Assembly (NCBI RefSeq): GCF_020745735.1
Contig: NC_083424.1
Location: 29,684,999-29,748,998, forward strand
Origin: Hemiscyllium ocellatum
Lineage: Eukaryota
DNA: 64,000 bases
Direction of reading: 5' to 3'
Position 1 is the stretch's first letter. Each line of letters starts with the position of its first letter. Position numbers and translations under genes: made by a program. Below the pieces are notes generated by a model. The model searched no databases. It worked only from the letters and a program-made list of their open reading frames with translations, and had not been told where the DNA came from. Of this stretch, positions 13,254-26,075 are shown in pieces.

Positions 13254-13436
13254 TTAAATTGTGTCCATTCCTCTCATTGAAGAGGAGAAACCCAGGCCCA
13301 TTCCTCTTTGTGTGTGGGTCTGTGATCGTGCCATCTCATACTGCGCATCCAAGTTCCTAAATACTTCTTCCTGCTGTTTTAGAGTTTTGAAACTTTCATC
13401 AGGATTTGGTATTGGGGTTCCTACCTCTTCCTCATC
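13254..13436 (-). CDS. RSRC2: RSRC2 exon 10 (last): DEEEVG...KTLKQQEEVFRNLDAQYEMARSQTHTQRGMGLGFSSSMRGMDTI*
   Basis: Near identity to the remembered C-terminus of human RSRC2; ttttgcag|GAT acceptor; TAA stop. Confidence 0.96.
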   Translation of the reverse strand, partial: DEEEVGTPIPNPDESFKTLKQQEEVFRNLDAQYEMARSQTHTQRGMGLGFSSSMRGMDTI

Positions 13437-15218
13437 CTGCAAAATAATGAAATCAAATGACATGTCACACCAGATAATTAAGATCTCACAACATGCTTTC
13501 ACAGTTGCAAATTATGTCTGCCTTGTGGTTACATGCTTTCCCATCACATTTTCACAAGATCATAGGAAATAGGAGCAGCAGTTCAGTCAGCCCACTGCAA
13601 CTGCTCACTCTGCCATTCAGCAGCTTTGCAGTCACTCTTCTACCTCAATTCCAGTTTCCCATTCCACAATCTCCTATGTATCCAAAAATCTAATCGTCTC
13701 CTCCTTGAATATAATCAACAATTGAGCAAGCACAACCCTTAGGTGTGGAGAATCAAGGGTTTGCAACTTTGTTAACAAAGACACTTGTCAACTCGGCCCT
13801 GAAATGTCAACCCTAGTTTTGGAGCCTCCAATCAGGGAAAACAATCTCAAGCATCCACATTATCAAGCCCACCAAGAATTTTATTTTTAAATAAGATCGC
13901 CTCTTGTAATTGTGAATGTCAGAAACATGGGCGCATTCTACCTAACTTTTCATATGACAACCTGGTTTACCTGTTGGTTTAGAGAAGACTCATTTAGATC
14001 GGTTCCACTTCCCTCAATCTTATTCTTCAATATTTAGCTGACTCATTGACTAGGTGAAGTCAGTTGTGACAGCTGTATCAAATGCTGCTGTTACTGTTGA
14101 TAGCTTTTAAAACATGAACAAAAGCTGGTTGTTGTTGAAAGTGGAATTTTTCACTGTTAATAGCAGGCACTCAGTCTGATCCTTGGCTGAATACAGTATT
14201 ATTGAACAGCCACAAACATAAATTAAGAAATTATTTCTACAGGGTTTTTTTTCCACCAGTTGGCACCAGGATCTCATACTAAAAGCTGAACTTTGCTGGA
14301 GTATTATAATACACAAAAAGAGATAAGATGACCAAAAGCTTGATCAAAGTGGTAAGTACTAAGGAATGTGCTCCTGAAAACAAGAAAGGGAATTCAATAT
14401 AGAGTTCAGACAACTGAAGGTAAAGCCAATTATGTGGAGCAATTAAAATCAGAGATACTCAAGAGGTCAGAATTAGATAAGCATAAATATTACATGGAGC
14501 TGGAGCAGATTACAGACAAAGGGACCGCCAAGGTATGAAGGGATTTCATGATGATGGTGAGAATTTCAGATTAAAAATGTTGCTCACAGGAGCCAACAGA
14601 AGTTAGTGGGCTATGGTAATCAACAAATAAGACATGGTGCAAGACATGAGCGCCAAAATTTTGGATGACCATTGGTTTAAGGACTGTAGAATATCGATAT
14701 TGAAATTGTCAAGTCCACAGCGTACAAAGGGACAAATAAAGTTTTTAGCAGAATATGAGCTGAGACAGGAGCAAAGTTGAACAAGTGTAGGTGAAAGGTT
14801 GCCAAATTGTTTGGGCTGAGCTGAGGGGATCTTTGGACAGACAGCTAGGAATAATAATGCAGAAACAGAAAAAAGCCACTGCAAGTGTATGATGGACACA
14901 ATGACTATGGAACCAAGAAAGATTACGGATGGTCAACAATGTCAGCAAAGAGGCACTGGAAGAGAATGGTATTGTATACTGTCTTTGCCATGGTTGACAA
15001 GTCAAGACGACTAGGACAAGTCAGCTACATTGGATGTTCTTTGTGAATTTGACCAAAAAAAAAGATATTCTGAACTGTGGCAGGGTTAGATGTGAGAGAT
15101 TCAAATGAGTAATCCAGAAAGGATAGGTACATCATTTCATTCCAAAAGTGTTAATGTTTTATAAGAATCAAACTGCGATTTAAAAAAAAGTTTTCTATGA
15201 TTGCTGTTCTTAACTCAC

Positions 15219-15308
15219 CTTGATGCCCATTAATTTTCGGAATTTGACATTTTGGTCCTTGTTACCAAAATTCAATTTTTCCCATAATTCTGCAGTCTGC
15301 GACTTATC
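15219..15308 (-). CDS. RSRC2: RSRC2 exon 9: DKSQTAELWEKLNFGNKDQNVKFRKLMGIK
   Basis: 90 nt, aag|GAT acceptor, AAG|gtgagt donor, matches the RSRC2 SMAP-like domain. Confidence 0.95.
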
Positions 15309-15579
15309 CTTTAACAGAACACAAAAAGCATATGAAAATCCATTAAGTGCACCAAAATGACTTTGAGAAAGAAAACCACCAGTCACAAGTCTAAAAATGC
15401 ATTTTACAGAAAGGTGGAGTGTTCGTTGATAGACAGAAAAAGTAACAAAATTACAAATAGATAACTCGATCTTGTTTTGCTGCTGCTTACAATGATTCTG
15501 TGTTCAGCAGTGTGGTCTTAATGCCTACCATGATACTATTAAAGCCTAAACAAAACAAGTTTGTCTTATGTTGTCGTAT

Positions 15580-15675
15580 AGCTGAAAATGTGTTGCTGGA
15601 AAAGCGCAGCAGGTCAGGCAGCATCCAAGGAACAGGAGAATCGACGTTTCAGGCACAAGCCCTTCTTCAGGAATT
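15580..15675 (-). repeat. Penelope-derived repeat, family A, with intact minimal hammerhead core
   Basis: Minus strand reads ATTC-CTGAAGA-A-GGGC-TTGT-GCCT-GAAA-CG-TC-GATT, followed by the same tail as the PLE at 1205-1298. Confidence 0.8.
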
Positions 15676-16127
15676 ATGTTGCAGTATAACAAATTTATCA
15701 CAATGGCCGACGGTCACTTTCATGCAGGTCCCAGATATTTGAATTATTAACCTGCCACTATAAAAGTGCAAGGAACGTGGGCTTTCCTATTCTAACACCA
15801 GTTCTTCAATTTTTTAATATTACAATTTAATTTGATTTCTGGGACAATTTGCACTAACTGGCTAATAAAAGCTATTTATTTGTTCTGTATCTCAAACTCT
15901 TCTATAACACACTGATATTTACAGCAGAGACTTGTGAATCTCTGCTAGTCAAATTTAAAGCAAATGCCCAGTTATCTATCCATTATTTTGCATCATTCTC
16001 TATTTCAAGTATTTATCTATTTTTTTCCCTCAAAAATAAGCCTCTACTTCAACTATTTCCAGTGGCAAAACATGCCATGTTCCCAATAAATCGTTTCTTT
16101 TTGTAATATTTTAGAATTGTTCATTGT

Positions 16128-16810
16128 TCACTGAATCTCCCACTGTCAACATCCTTGGGGTTACCATTGACCAGAAACTCAACTCGACTCACCACATAAA
16201 CACAGTGGCTACAAGAGCGGGTCAGAGCCTAGGGATACTGCGGTGAGTAACTCATCTCCTGACACCCCAAAGTCTATCCACCATCTACAAGGCACAAGTC
16301 AGGAATGTGATGGAATACTCCCCATTTGCCTGGATAGATGCAGCTCCAACGACACAAGAAGCTTGATATCATCCTGGTCAAAGCAACCTGCTTGATTGGC
16401 ACCGTATCTACGAACACTCAATCCCTCCACCACCGGTGCTCAGTAGCAGCAGCGTGTACTATCTACAAGAAGCGCTGCAGAAATTCAACAAAAGTCCTTA
16501 GCACCTTCCAAATCCACGACCACTTCCATCTAGAAGGACAAGGGCAGCAGGTACTTGGGAGAACACCACCACCTGCAAGTTCCCCTCCAAGCCAGTCACA
16601 TTGTTGACTTGATAACTATACCACCGCTCCTTCACAGTGGTTGGGTCAAAATCCTGGAATTCCCTCCCTACTGACATTGTGGGTCAACCCACAGCAAGTG
16701 GACCGCAGTGATTCAAGGCAGCGGACCACCACCTTCTCAAGGGCAAATAGGGGTGGGCTATCAATGCTAGCCAGCCAGCGACAAAGTCCCACAAATGAAT
16801 TGAAAAAACA
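16128..16810 (+). mobile_element. LINE 3' fragment (CR1/L2 group, second family)
   Basis: Encodes ILGVTIDQKL and IYKAQVRNVMEYSP-like RT-thumb peptides; ends AATGAATTGAAAAAA. Confidence 0.7.
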
Positions 16811-16847
16811 ACTCTTCACTCTCTAACCCTACTTGATCTCCCATTGT

Positions 16848-17162
16848 GGGCGGCACGGTGGCACAGTGGTTAGCACTGCTGCTTCACAGCGCCTGAGACC
16901 CGGGTTCAATTCTCGACTCAGGCGACTGACTGTGTGGAGTTTGCACGTTCTCCCAGTGTCTGCGTGGGTTTCCTCCTGGTGCTCCGGTTTCCTCCCACAG
17001 TCCAAAGATGTGTGGGTCAGGTGAATTGGCCATGATAAATTGCCCGTAGTGTTAGGTAAGGGGTAAATGTAAGGGTAAGGGTGGGTTGCGCTTCAGCGGG
17101 TCGGTGTGGACTTGTTGGGCTGAAGGGCCTGTTTCCACACTGTAAGTAATCTAAAAAAAAAG
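16848..17162 (+). mobile_element. tRNA-derived V-domain SINE (HE1-like), full length
   Basis: A box TGGCACAGTGG, B box GGTTCAATTC, V-domain TGTGTGGAGTTTGCACGTTCTCCC...GGTTTCCTCCCACAGTCCAAAGA, CR1-like 3' end GAAGGGCCTGTTTCC, A tail. Confidence 0.9.
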
Positions 17163-19244
17163 GTCAACTGTTGTTCTGTATGAATTTATGACAACTACTT
17201 TACTACAATCTTTATAAAACCCCAGAATTCAATCTCCTACATTCTTCTATAGCCGAGACCCCAGCCTTTTCCTATTTTAAAGGCAGATATGAAGTGGATA
17301 TCCCAAGCATGATGCAGCTAGTCACACCACTCAGCTTTAAGCAAAAGAGAATTTATTTGAACACGACAGTTGAAACAAATAAAATAATTTAGAATAACTA
17401 AATTACTTGAAAACCCAACTGACTCGATATAGCAACTTAATTATATCAATTCCCATAATATACCAGAAACACAAAAGGCAAATTCAAACAGGTTTTTATA
17501 GGCAGGAGAGATTTCAGAGAGAAAGCTGATCAGTAGCCACATGCTGAAGCTTGGAACCTTTCTGCACTGCAGCAGTTTGTGACTGCCTGCTACAAGCAGC
17601 TGCTCTGTGACAACTAAAAAACTAGAAAAACCTGAAGTGGGAGAACTGACCACTCCCCTGCCAATGTTAAACAAGGCTCTTTCTCAGACACACCTACACC
17701 TCTGCCTTTATGATCTTTCTAACAAAAACCCAGGGACAAAACAACATGACTAAAGGGACAGCATTGTCACACTATCATATGCACCACTTCCAACTCTTCT
17801 CCAGTACAAGCAAAACTGTGTTACCCTCAGTTTTCCTTCTGTCAACCAACTTACTTTCATGACTAGGTTTGCTCCTAAACTGCGAGTGAATTCTCACAAG
17901 CCACTTAAGGCATCATATCAAACAACTTCTGAAAAGCCAATATGCATCAATGCTGCATTCCTTTTGTGGAGACAACTGAAATTCTTTAAAAGAAACAAAG
18001 ATCTTGCCTTTAACAAGTCAATGCCAAACATCCTGGTTTATCCTTTACTTCATTTTCCTAATTTTCACTTCCTACTGTAATGTTGTTATATTGCATGTTC
18101 AAGCTTCCATTAGTTCACACTTTTTCAGTACTGTCAGATGGTCACAATAAAATTGACTATTTTATGCTGATCTTCAGTATTTCCAGATTCTAAATACTCT
18201 TCGCCCCTTGCAATTTCATGAGACAATTGGTGAGAAAATGCAATGTAAAAACGCACACCATTATGGTTCATTTCTTTGAGTCTAAAATTTTGCAGAACAC
18301 AAAAAAAAACTGCCAACTAAGCATTGAAAAGTAGGGAATTTATGCTAAACCCTGCTAAACCTTGGTAGACCCAACTTAAGAGTACCGCAAAAAGTTCTGA
18401 TTGTCACATTATTAAAAGGACACAGAGGCACTTGAGAGAGTGCAAAGATGATCTAAGCGTGGTAACCAACCAGTTGTGTATATATGGAAAGGGTTGACAC
18501 TGTCTTTTTCCCCTCTTGAAATATGAAGTGACTGAGGAGTGACTAGGTTTTGATGCAGGAACTTCAAAAGGGAATATTTGCGCTTGCAGGGAACAGCATA
18601 ACCAGAGGCCATTAATATAAGGCTGTTACCAAGAACTCAAATAAAGAGTTCAGAAGAGTTGCAAGAATGTGGAACCTGCTGCCACCTTTGGTAGAATCAC
18701 AGAATTCCTACAGTGCGGAAGCAGGCCATTCAGCTCATCGGGTCTTGACTTGAAATGCTCCCCGCCCATCTTGTTCAGATAACCGAGGTTGTTCTATAAT
18801 AGGTCTTCAAACCAGATTTCATATTCAGATGGGAAACAGGAGCCCTGATGTGAGAAACATTATGGAGTTTTTATTTTCAAAATTCTTCATTCAGAGACTG
18901 CACTTCTTACAAGGCACTCAACAACTGCCACATCTAGCATATTGCATAATAAAAAAATTACAACTTTGGTTCAGAGACTGTTGCTTGGCAACCTTCAGCA
19001 CAAAACTAAGGTTTTGTTTGTTTCTTTGTGCAACAACGAATCCAAAACTCAATCCCTTCATTATTCTTAAAAGCTTTGCTGGACATGCAATCCAGAATGC
19101 AATTTGACTTTGTAAACAGCAGATAAACTATGTTTTCTTTAAACCCTTCTCCCACAGTACAAATGCAAAGTTCCAGTTTCCCTTTACTCAAAAAGATTTA
19201 TGTATTTCTAACATGATATACATGGCAATAATTTTTCCAAGGCA

Positions 19245-20340
19245 TACAAATGCACAGCATGGAAATCAGACCCCTTAGCCTAACTCTTCCATGCTGACCA
19301 GCTATCCCTAATAAGTGTAGTCCCATTTACAAGCATTTGGCCCACATTCCTATAAACCCTCCGTATTCATATACCCATCGAGATGCCTTTTAAATGTTAT
19401 CATTGTATCAGCCTCCACCACTTCCTCTGGCAGCTTATTGCATATGCTGCGTGAAAAAGTTGCCCCTTAGGTCCTTTTTAAATCTTTTCCCCCCTCATTT
19501 TTAACCTGTGGCCTCAGTTTTAGACTCCCCCACCCCAGGGAAAGGACCATGTCTATTCACCCTATTCACGCCCCTCATGATTATATAAATTTCTAGAAGG
19601 TCACCCCTCAGTCTCTGACACTCCAGGGAAAGTAGCCCCAGCCTATTCAGCCTCTCCCTATAACTCAAACCCTGCAACATCCTTGTAAATCTTTGCTGAA
19701 CTCTTTCGCAACATTCTTTCTGTAGCAGGGAGACCAGCACTGCACACAATATCCAATAGTGGCCTAATCAATGTCTTGTACAGCTGCACTATGACCCCCC
19801 AAGTCCTATACTCAATAAAGGCAAGCGTACCAAACACCTCCTTCACTATAATATCTTGCTGAAACTATCAGCACTCCAAGGTCACTTTGTTCAGCAACTC
19901 TGTCCAGGACCTTACCATTAAGTGTATATGTCATGCCCTGATTTGCCTTTCCAAAATGAACCACCTGACATTTATCTAAATTAAACTCCACCTGCCACTC
20001 CTCAGCCCTTTACCCATCTGATCAAGATCCCGTTGTATTCTTCGCTGTCCACTACACCTCCAATTTTGGTGTCATCCGCAAACGTACTAACGATACCTAT
20101 GTTCACATCTGTGACTATCGATGATACAAATATCTCAGCAAGGGACCCAGCATTCACTTCCCCCAGAGTTTTAGGGTACACCTGATCAGGTCCCAGGGAT
20201 TTATTCACCTTTATGAGTTTTAAGACATCCAGAACACCCTCCTCTGTAATATGGACATTTTCCAAGATGTTGCTATGCATTTCCCCACATTCTCCATCTT
20301 CCATACTCTTCTCCACAGTAAACACTGTTGCAAAATACTC
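19245..20340 (-). mobile_element. CR1 LINE fragment(s)
   Basis: Minus ORFs with KSLGPDQVYP, FADDTKIGG and ERVQQRFTRML. Confidence 0.88.
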
Positions 20341-20436
20341 AAAAAAAAAGGGGAAAAGAAAGAACAAGGGGAAAAGGCAAGAACATGCTGGTGCCAAACT
20401 ATCTAATCTGTGTATGGGATAGACAATAGTCATTTA

Positions 20437-20593
20437 CAGAGGAACCTCGATTATCTGAAGGACATGTGTGGGGAGTATTTCGTTCAATTAATCAAATGCC
20501 GGATAACAGTGTAGCCAAGCACTAGGACCTTGCAATCTTACCAGATAATCTGAAATTTGGATAATCGAATGCTGGATAATCAAGGTTCCTCTG
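20437..20593. mobile_element. Tc1/mariner-pogo type MITE (157 bp)
   Basis: TIRs CAGAGGAACCTCGATTATC / GATAATCAAGGTTCCTCTG (1 mismatch in 19), with TA on both sides (20435-20436, 20594-20595). Confidence 0.85.
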
Positions 20594-22108
20594 TATAATA
20601 CTCACAGAACCCTGGTACCCACAGAGACATCCAAAGTGTGGAGGGAGTGTACATTCTATGAAAGTCGTAACACCTAATGGAACACACTGGGGATAAACAG
20701 AAGCCAAATCTGGGAACACTTCAAAGTTACGTTCACATAATGAAGGAGTAGAAGACCATCCTAACAGATGACTTATCGTGCAAGAGATCAACATACGTAC
20801 AAGTCGAGAACAAAAAAGTGTGAAGTCTAGATCTTCAGTAGGTTGAACTATCACAAGGTTCAGAAGGATTATACAGACTCTTCAACTTGAACTCAAAGTT
20901 TTCAATTCTTGTTTTTAAATCAGCATTTTCTGCAACTGCTTTAATGTATACATATTTTCACAGTTGGTGCATACAATTTTATTTGGGGGGGGGGGGGGGG
21001 GGGAAGAAGGTGGTGGAAAAATGGGAATGATGTACTTTCGGAGGCAAGTATGCTCATGAGTTAAGGACCAGGAAGTCACTGTATAGCAGCAACCAAGACG
21101 ACTCCAACAGCAGTGTGATGGATTAACGACGTGTAACCAGTTGCTCCATAATTGCAGTTGTTTGTTTGTCTATTCATTTGAAGTCCCCTGTTTGGGACTT
21201 CCAAATAAATTGAGCATACGCAGCTTACCAATCCTGTATGTTCAGGAAAACAACACAAGAATACAAAAATTTTCATCCATTTGTTTTCTCCAATTACTTT
21301 TTATTGTCTATGAACTTCCTGATTGATAGAGTCTCACCGTTTTCTGAATATCTAATCAATACCCGAACTATCCAATGTATATTGGAATTAAATTTAATGC
21401 TTTTCTATCTACTATTAAATATATGTAACCTTATGCTGTAGAATCAGCACTCATTATATTGCTGTGTTGCCATTTAGAAAGTTGAATGCTTCAGGTGTTG
21501 TCTACTTCAATCTTCTTTTCACCAGTAAAAGATATATTTCTCAACTTAGCACCGCCTTCTAATAGCTCAGGTGGCTCATTCCAGTCATCATTTGATCAGC
21601 TTTCAAGTGTTGCTTACAGTCTCATTCAATTCGGTAATAGTTGCAAGCCTGGAATTCTAAAGCTTCAACCTTCTCCAGATAACAGATACACGACGCAAGA
21701 GAATTCAACTTAAAATTAAATCTTGTTTGAATAACATTTTTACCTGGTGTAGCAATACCTGCTACTGCAGTCACATTTTCTGACACAGGATTTGGAAGCT
21801 TTAGCCAAATTAGAAAATATGAATTGGAGAAACGCTGTGATCACATAAAGCAACAAGATTTCAAAAGGATTAAGGGTTTTTTAAAAAGAAGATTTAAAAG
21901 TTGAGCAATGTTTTAAAAGTCAAAAGAAAATGGAAAAAGAAATGAATCCATAAAGCTAGGTGGATGGTGAAGGTAGCATAAGGGTTAGGGGAATTGGATG
22001 AAGAAAAGGAACCTGTTTATAAAAAATGTGTAACATTAATTAAAATTGATAAAGAAGTCTGGTGTAACAATGTCAGTGCAACACTGACATGGCTAATAGT
22101 AAACTCAC

Positions 22109-22332
22109 CCCCTCTTTCTTGTTCTGCCAGAGAAGTTTGCGTTTCTTCTCTTGCTCTGCAAACTTCATTGGGTTGACAGCAGTTGGATTGTAGTAACTGG
22201 GCACAGCTATACCGGTTTCAGCCAATGCCTTCGCTTGGAGTGCTGCCATCTGTGCAGCCATTGCAATTTGAGGAGTAACTTGAGTACCGGATGCCAGGAG
22301 AGCAGCAACGTTGAGAACTGATCCACCACTAA
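22109..22332 (-). CDS. RSRC2: RSRC2 exon 8: VSGGSVLNVAALLASGTQVTPQIAMAAQMAALQAKALAETGIAVPSYYNPTAVNPMKFAEQEKKRKLLWQNKKEG
   Basis: Near identity to RSRC2; aacag|TT acceptor, GGG|gtgagt donor; 224 nt. Confidence 0.96.
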
Positions 22333-22394
22333 CTGTTAAGACATCAGAAATACAATTATGTATATTAGCTCAGCATAAATACCTGGATGTACCA

Positions 22395-22603
22395 AAGTTT
22401 AAAGAAAAAACACCATACCACGTTACAGTCCAACAGGTTTATCTGTAAGCACTAGCTTTCAGAGCGCTGCTCCTTCATCAGATGGTGATGAAGGAGCAGT
22501 GCTCTGAAAGCTAGTGCTTCCAGTTAAACCTGTTGGACTACAACCTGGCATGGTATGATTTTTAACTTTGTACACCCCAGTCCAACACCAGCATCTCCAA
22601 ATC
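22395..22603. repeat. Inverted pair of Penelope-derived family B repeats (hairpin centred near 22483)
   Basis: Arms of about 90 bp are reverse complements; each carries TGATGAAGGAGCAG(C/T)GCTCTGAAAGCTAGTG. Confidence 0.85.
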
Positions 22604-25522
22604 CGGATACATCAAGTAGACTGAGTGCGATCAAGAGGCAAAGTCAGAGTGACTGCTCCTTAGATCAAGTATTCTTGATCAAGCCATCTTCTGGTGCTTC
22701 ACCAATAATCTTCACCATTAGAGATAACATTTGATGATTTCAGAATATTCAGCTCCATTCATAATTCTTCACAAAATGAAGCAATCTATGCCAACTGGGA
22801 CTACATCCAGGTCTGGGCTTAAAAATGACAATTTTAATTCTGACTGCTTTTCCTGACAGTTAATGGCACTGTCACCAATACATTCCCTCTCAGTGAAGTG
22901 TGACTTTACTACTTCTCAGAAACTGAACTCTACCAGCCATATAAATAGCGTATTTAAAAGAACATTTCTGGAACTGTGAATTCTGCAGCGAGCAGATCAT
23001 CTGCAAGTCCCTCAGCAACAAGGTGTGTGATGCAATACTCTCCCCCCTTACTTGAATTGGTAAAGCAACAACAATGCTCAAGTTGCTTGGCAACATTAAG
23101 GAGATCAGTCACTCAATTTGACTGGTATCCTATTCACTAGTCTAATCATCTGTTCCTTCTACATGTGACATATTGCAGTGTGACATGCATTATCTACATG
23201 TCACACTGCAATATTATGCTCTATTTCCCACAATAGCAACAAGCAAAAGTTCATGTCTGCAACAGACATGGACAGCACATAGACCCAAACAGTACCACAT
23301 CTAAATCTCGAACAATCAAATTTAGATATGAATTTCTGCTCCTTCAGGACATCAAAACCAACACAGCAGTGCAGAAGCACATTCAGTGTCATCCTGACAT
23401 TCCTGAGTCAACTAGACACTTGTGGCAAGTGCTGGCTATGGCCTTGACACTTACAACTTGAGAATGAAATAAGCAATGGAATTCAGACATGCATGTGCAC
23501 AAACAATTCAAAACTACTTCAAAAGGAACAAAAAGGCTAATGGAATATTAGCTTTTAATTCAAAGGAGTTTAGAATCAAAAATAAATTGTTTGATGCTTT
23601 AGTATACAAAACCTCATTGACCCAAAATGGAATATGGCAGTCAATTACAGGTACCAAACGGAGAAAAAGATATACTGATCTTACAAGTATGTGTAGCTCA
23701 GATACAACAACTTATATGGGGTTTTAAAGGATTAAATTGAAAGAATAGGTTACATTGACTTGGTTGGTATTCTAAATTTAGAAAGTTGATAAATAACTTA
23801 TGTTTGTATTTTTATCTTAAATTATTCAAATGGGGAATTCAGAAGGGAGGTAATCTTCAAGTTGGAAACTGGCAGCATCAGGATTAATCAACAGCTGCAG
23901 ATAGAACTGGTTGAGAGGAGTACTGGGGACCACTGACAAGTATTTCTGTTCTGCGATCTAACAATAAGATCCTTGCAAGTCAACAATGTGATTGGGAAAG
24001 TGCATTAAGGTAATGTCTCAAATCAACTGTGCAAAAATAAGACACCCTTCGTATGTAATTTTAATTTATTTTTGTTTAAAGGAAAACAGGGGCACTAGCA
24101 TAGACTAGTTTAGGGTAGCTATGCCGATCCACCCAACAGCCCTGACACTAAATCTGAACTGATCATGGTCCAAACTACCTGTCCTGAAAACCATAAATAT
24201 CCAAATTCCGTTACAACCTTGACTCCAAAGTTGCCACATCTGAGGTACTTGTACTTTGAAAATGATGAAATATTAAGTTTTCCTACCTGTTGGCTGGTTG
24301 ACACTTCCTAGTGATCCATTAGTTGTATCTATTGAAAATAAATACAGCTTTTTTTTTCATACTATTCAACCAGTCGCTGTTATGCAAAGTTCAGTGTGAA
24401 ATATGACTGTCATTACTGCTTTGAATGCACACTGCAGTTCTTGACATCTGTGGCACCCATGTAATAATTAGAGGAACATCATGATTCTAATAATAAAGAG
24501 CCAGACTTATTTCTTCAATTACCACTTACTTCTTTTGTTTCACATAACCACAGAATTGTCAAATGTCTACAACTTAATTGCAAGTGTTCACAGTCTTTAA
24601 ATTTTCCAACTTTCAAATGTTACCTTTGTTTTTGGAAAAAAGGAGACTGTAAAACCAATATTAAACAATCAAATAATTTACTACAGGGTGACCACCCCCA
24701 TATCTGCAAGTCCTGTTATGGCAGCCCGAACATAATACAGGGAACATTCCAGAACGAGGGACCAGAATGCTGCTGGGAAGGTAAATTTCCCATTGAAATG
24801 AATGGGTTCGCTCCTTTCTGTGGTAAGTTTTGGAACATGTCCCCCGTGGGTATGGGGGAGTGGTGAATTAATGTATTACACTTTAAATCAAGAAGTCCTT
24901 CCTATTACTCTCAGGCCACCTATTTATTACATTTCTTAAATATTAACCACCACAAAATCAGATGCTGTTCAACTGTGTTTTTAAAAATCAAGTGATCAAC
25001 AGTTGCCTATCAAATGATTGTAGCAACTTTTAAACATAATGCAACAAATATACCAAAACATTGACAGGAATAATTGTACATTCTCTTTCCCCCATCCTTG
25101 TTTGAAAAAATGTGTCTTGCACAAAAAAAAAGCCCACTTCAGAGTTGAAGGTCATTTCTCATTTGCTTTCTGTAATCCCAATTCCAAAACTGATTTGCAA
25201 TTCCAATGATGTCCAAGTACCGTGACAGGTTTTTGCAGAAAAGCCATTTGCTACCTAACTTCCTGGAAGCCACAGGCACACTTCAGAGACAGGATTTCAT
25301 TTAGATTGTGAAGCCTACAAATGCAAGGGAATTTTGCTTTCTGGTTTCCAGCATACTACGGAGGTAAAGTAACTGGTTTAAAGAGTCAATTTTTGAAGTG
25401 AAGTTGGAAGTGCTTCGTTGCAGCTAGATTTCAAAGCTTTGCATTTATCTCCATAATTTAGTTGCTACTTCCATTAGTTCTACAAACCTTAAAATTAGCA
25501 GATATTGTAATACTTTAATTAC

Positions 25523-25605
25523 CTGCAACATCTGTTTGCTCCACTTTCTGTTTCTCTAGTAGTTCTTTCTCTTTTTGCTCTTGAAGCTTCTTTGCTCTTT
25601 CAAGT
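25523..25605 (-). CDS. RSRC2: RSRC2 exon 7: LERAKKLQEQKEKELLEKQKVEQTDVA
   Basis: cacag|A acceptor, CAG|gtaatt donor; 83 nt; matches the RSRC2 coiled coil. Confidence 0.94.
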
Positions 25606-25769
25606 CTGTGATTCAAACAATAACAAGTTACTAAATACGGAGCAAAAGACTCTGACTTCAAATGTACCTAGATTTTAATCTTTAGTCTCTCACTATAGTC
25701 TTTCATAGTCATTGCTGCATGCTTCAAATAAGGCTTCGCACAAAGTTTATAAGATCACAAGACACAGGG

Positions 25770-26075
25770 ATAGACTGAATGCACTGTCTTTTTCCTAGGG
25801 ACAAAAGGGCATCGGTTTAAGATTAGAGGGGAAAGAATAAAAGAGAACCTGGGGGGGCAACTTTACGCATATGGAAGGAGCTGCCAGAGTAAGTGGTTGA
25901 GGTAGGTTCAGTATCAACATTTAAAAGGCCTTTGGACAAATACACGCAGAGGAAAAGTTTAGAAGGATATGGGCCCAAGTGCAGGGAAATTAGGTTAAGC
26001 AAGGACAGACATTTTGGATAGCATGAACCAATTTAAGCCAAAGGGCCTGTTTCCATGCTGTAGGACTCTTTGACA
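25770..26075 (+). mobile_element. CR1 3' end fragment
   Basis: GGAGCTGCCAGAG..., TTTAAAAGGC and AAGGGCCTGTTTCCATGCTGTA match the CR1 3' end. Confidence 0.75.

Noticed and set aside
16848-16925. tRNA gene suggested by A and B boxes
   Set aside because: It is the tRNA-derived head of a SINE, continuing into V-domain and LINE-like tail; other copies are present.
17290-17771. Possible solo LTR on minus strand
   Set aside because: TG...CA ends are plausible but I found no convincing TSD or second copy.
24684-24875. Possible Tigger-like MITE
   Set aside because: Terminal inverted repeats too degenerate to define ends or TSD.
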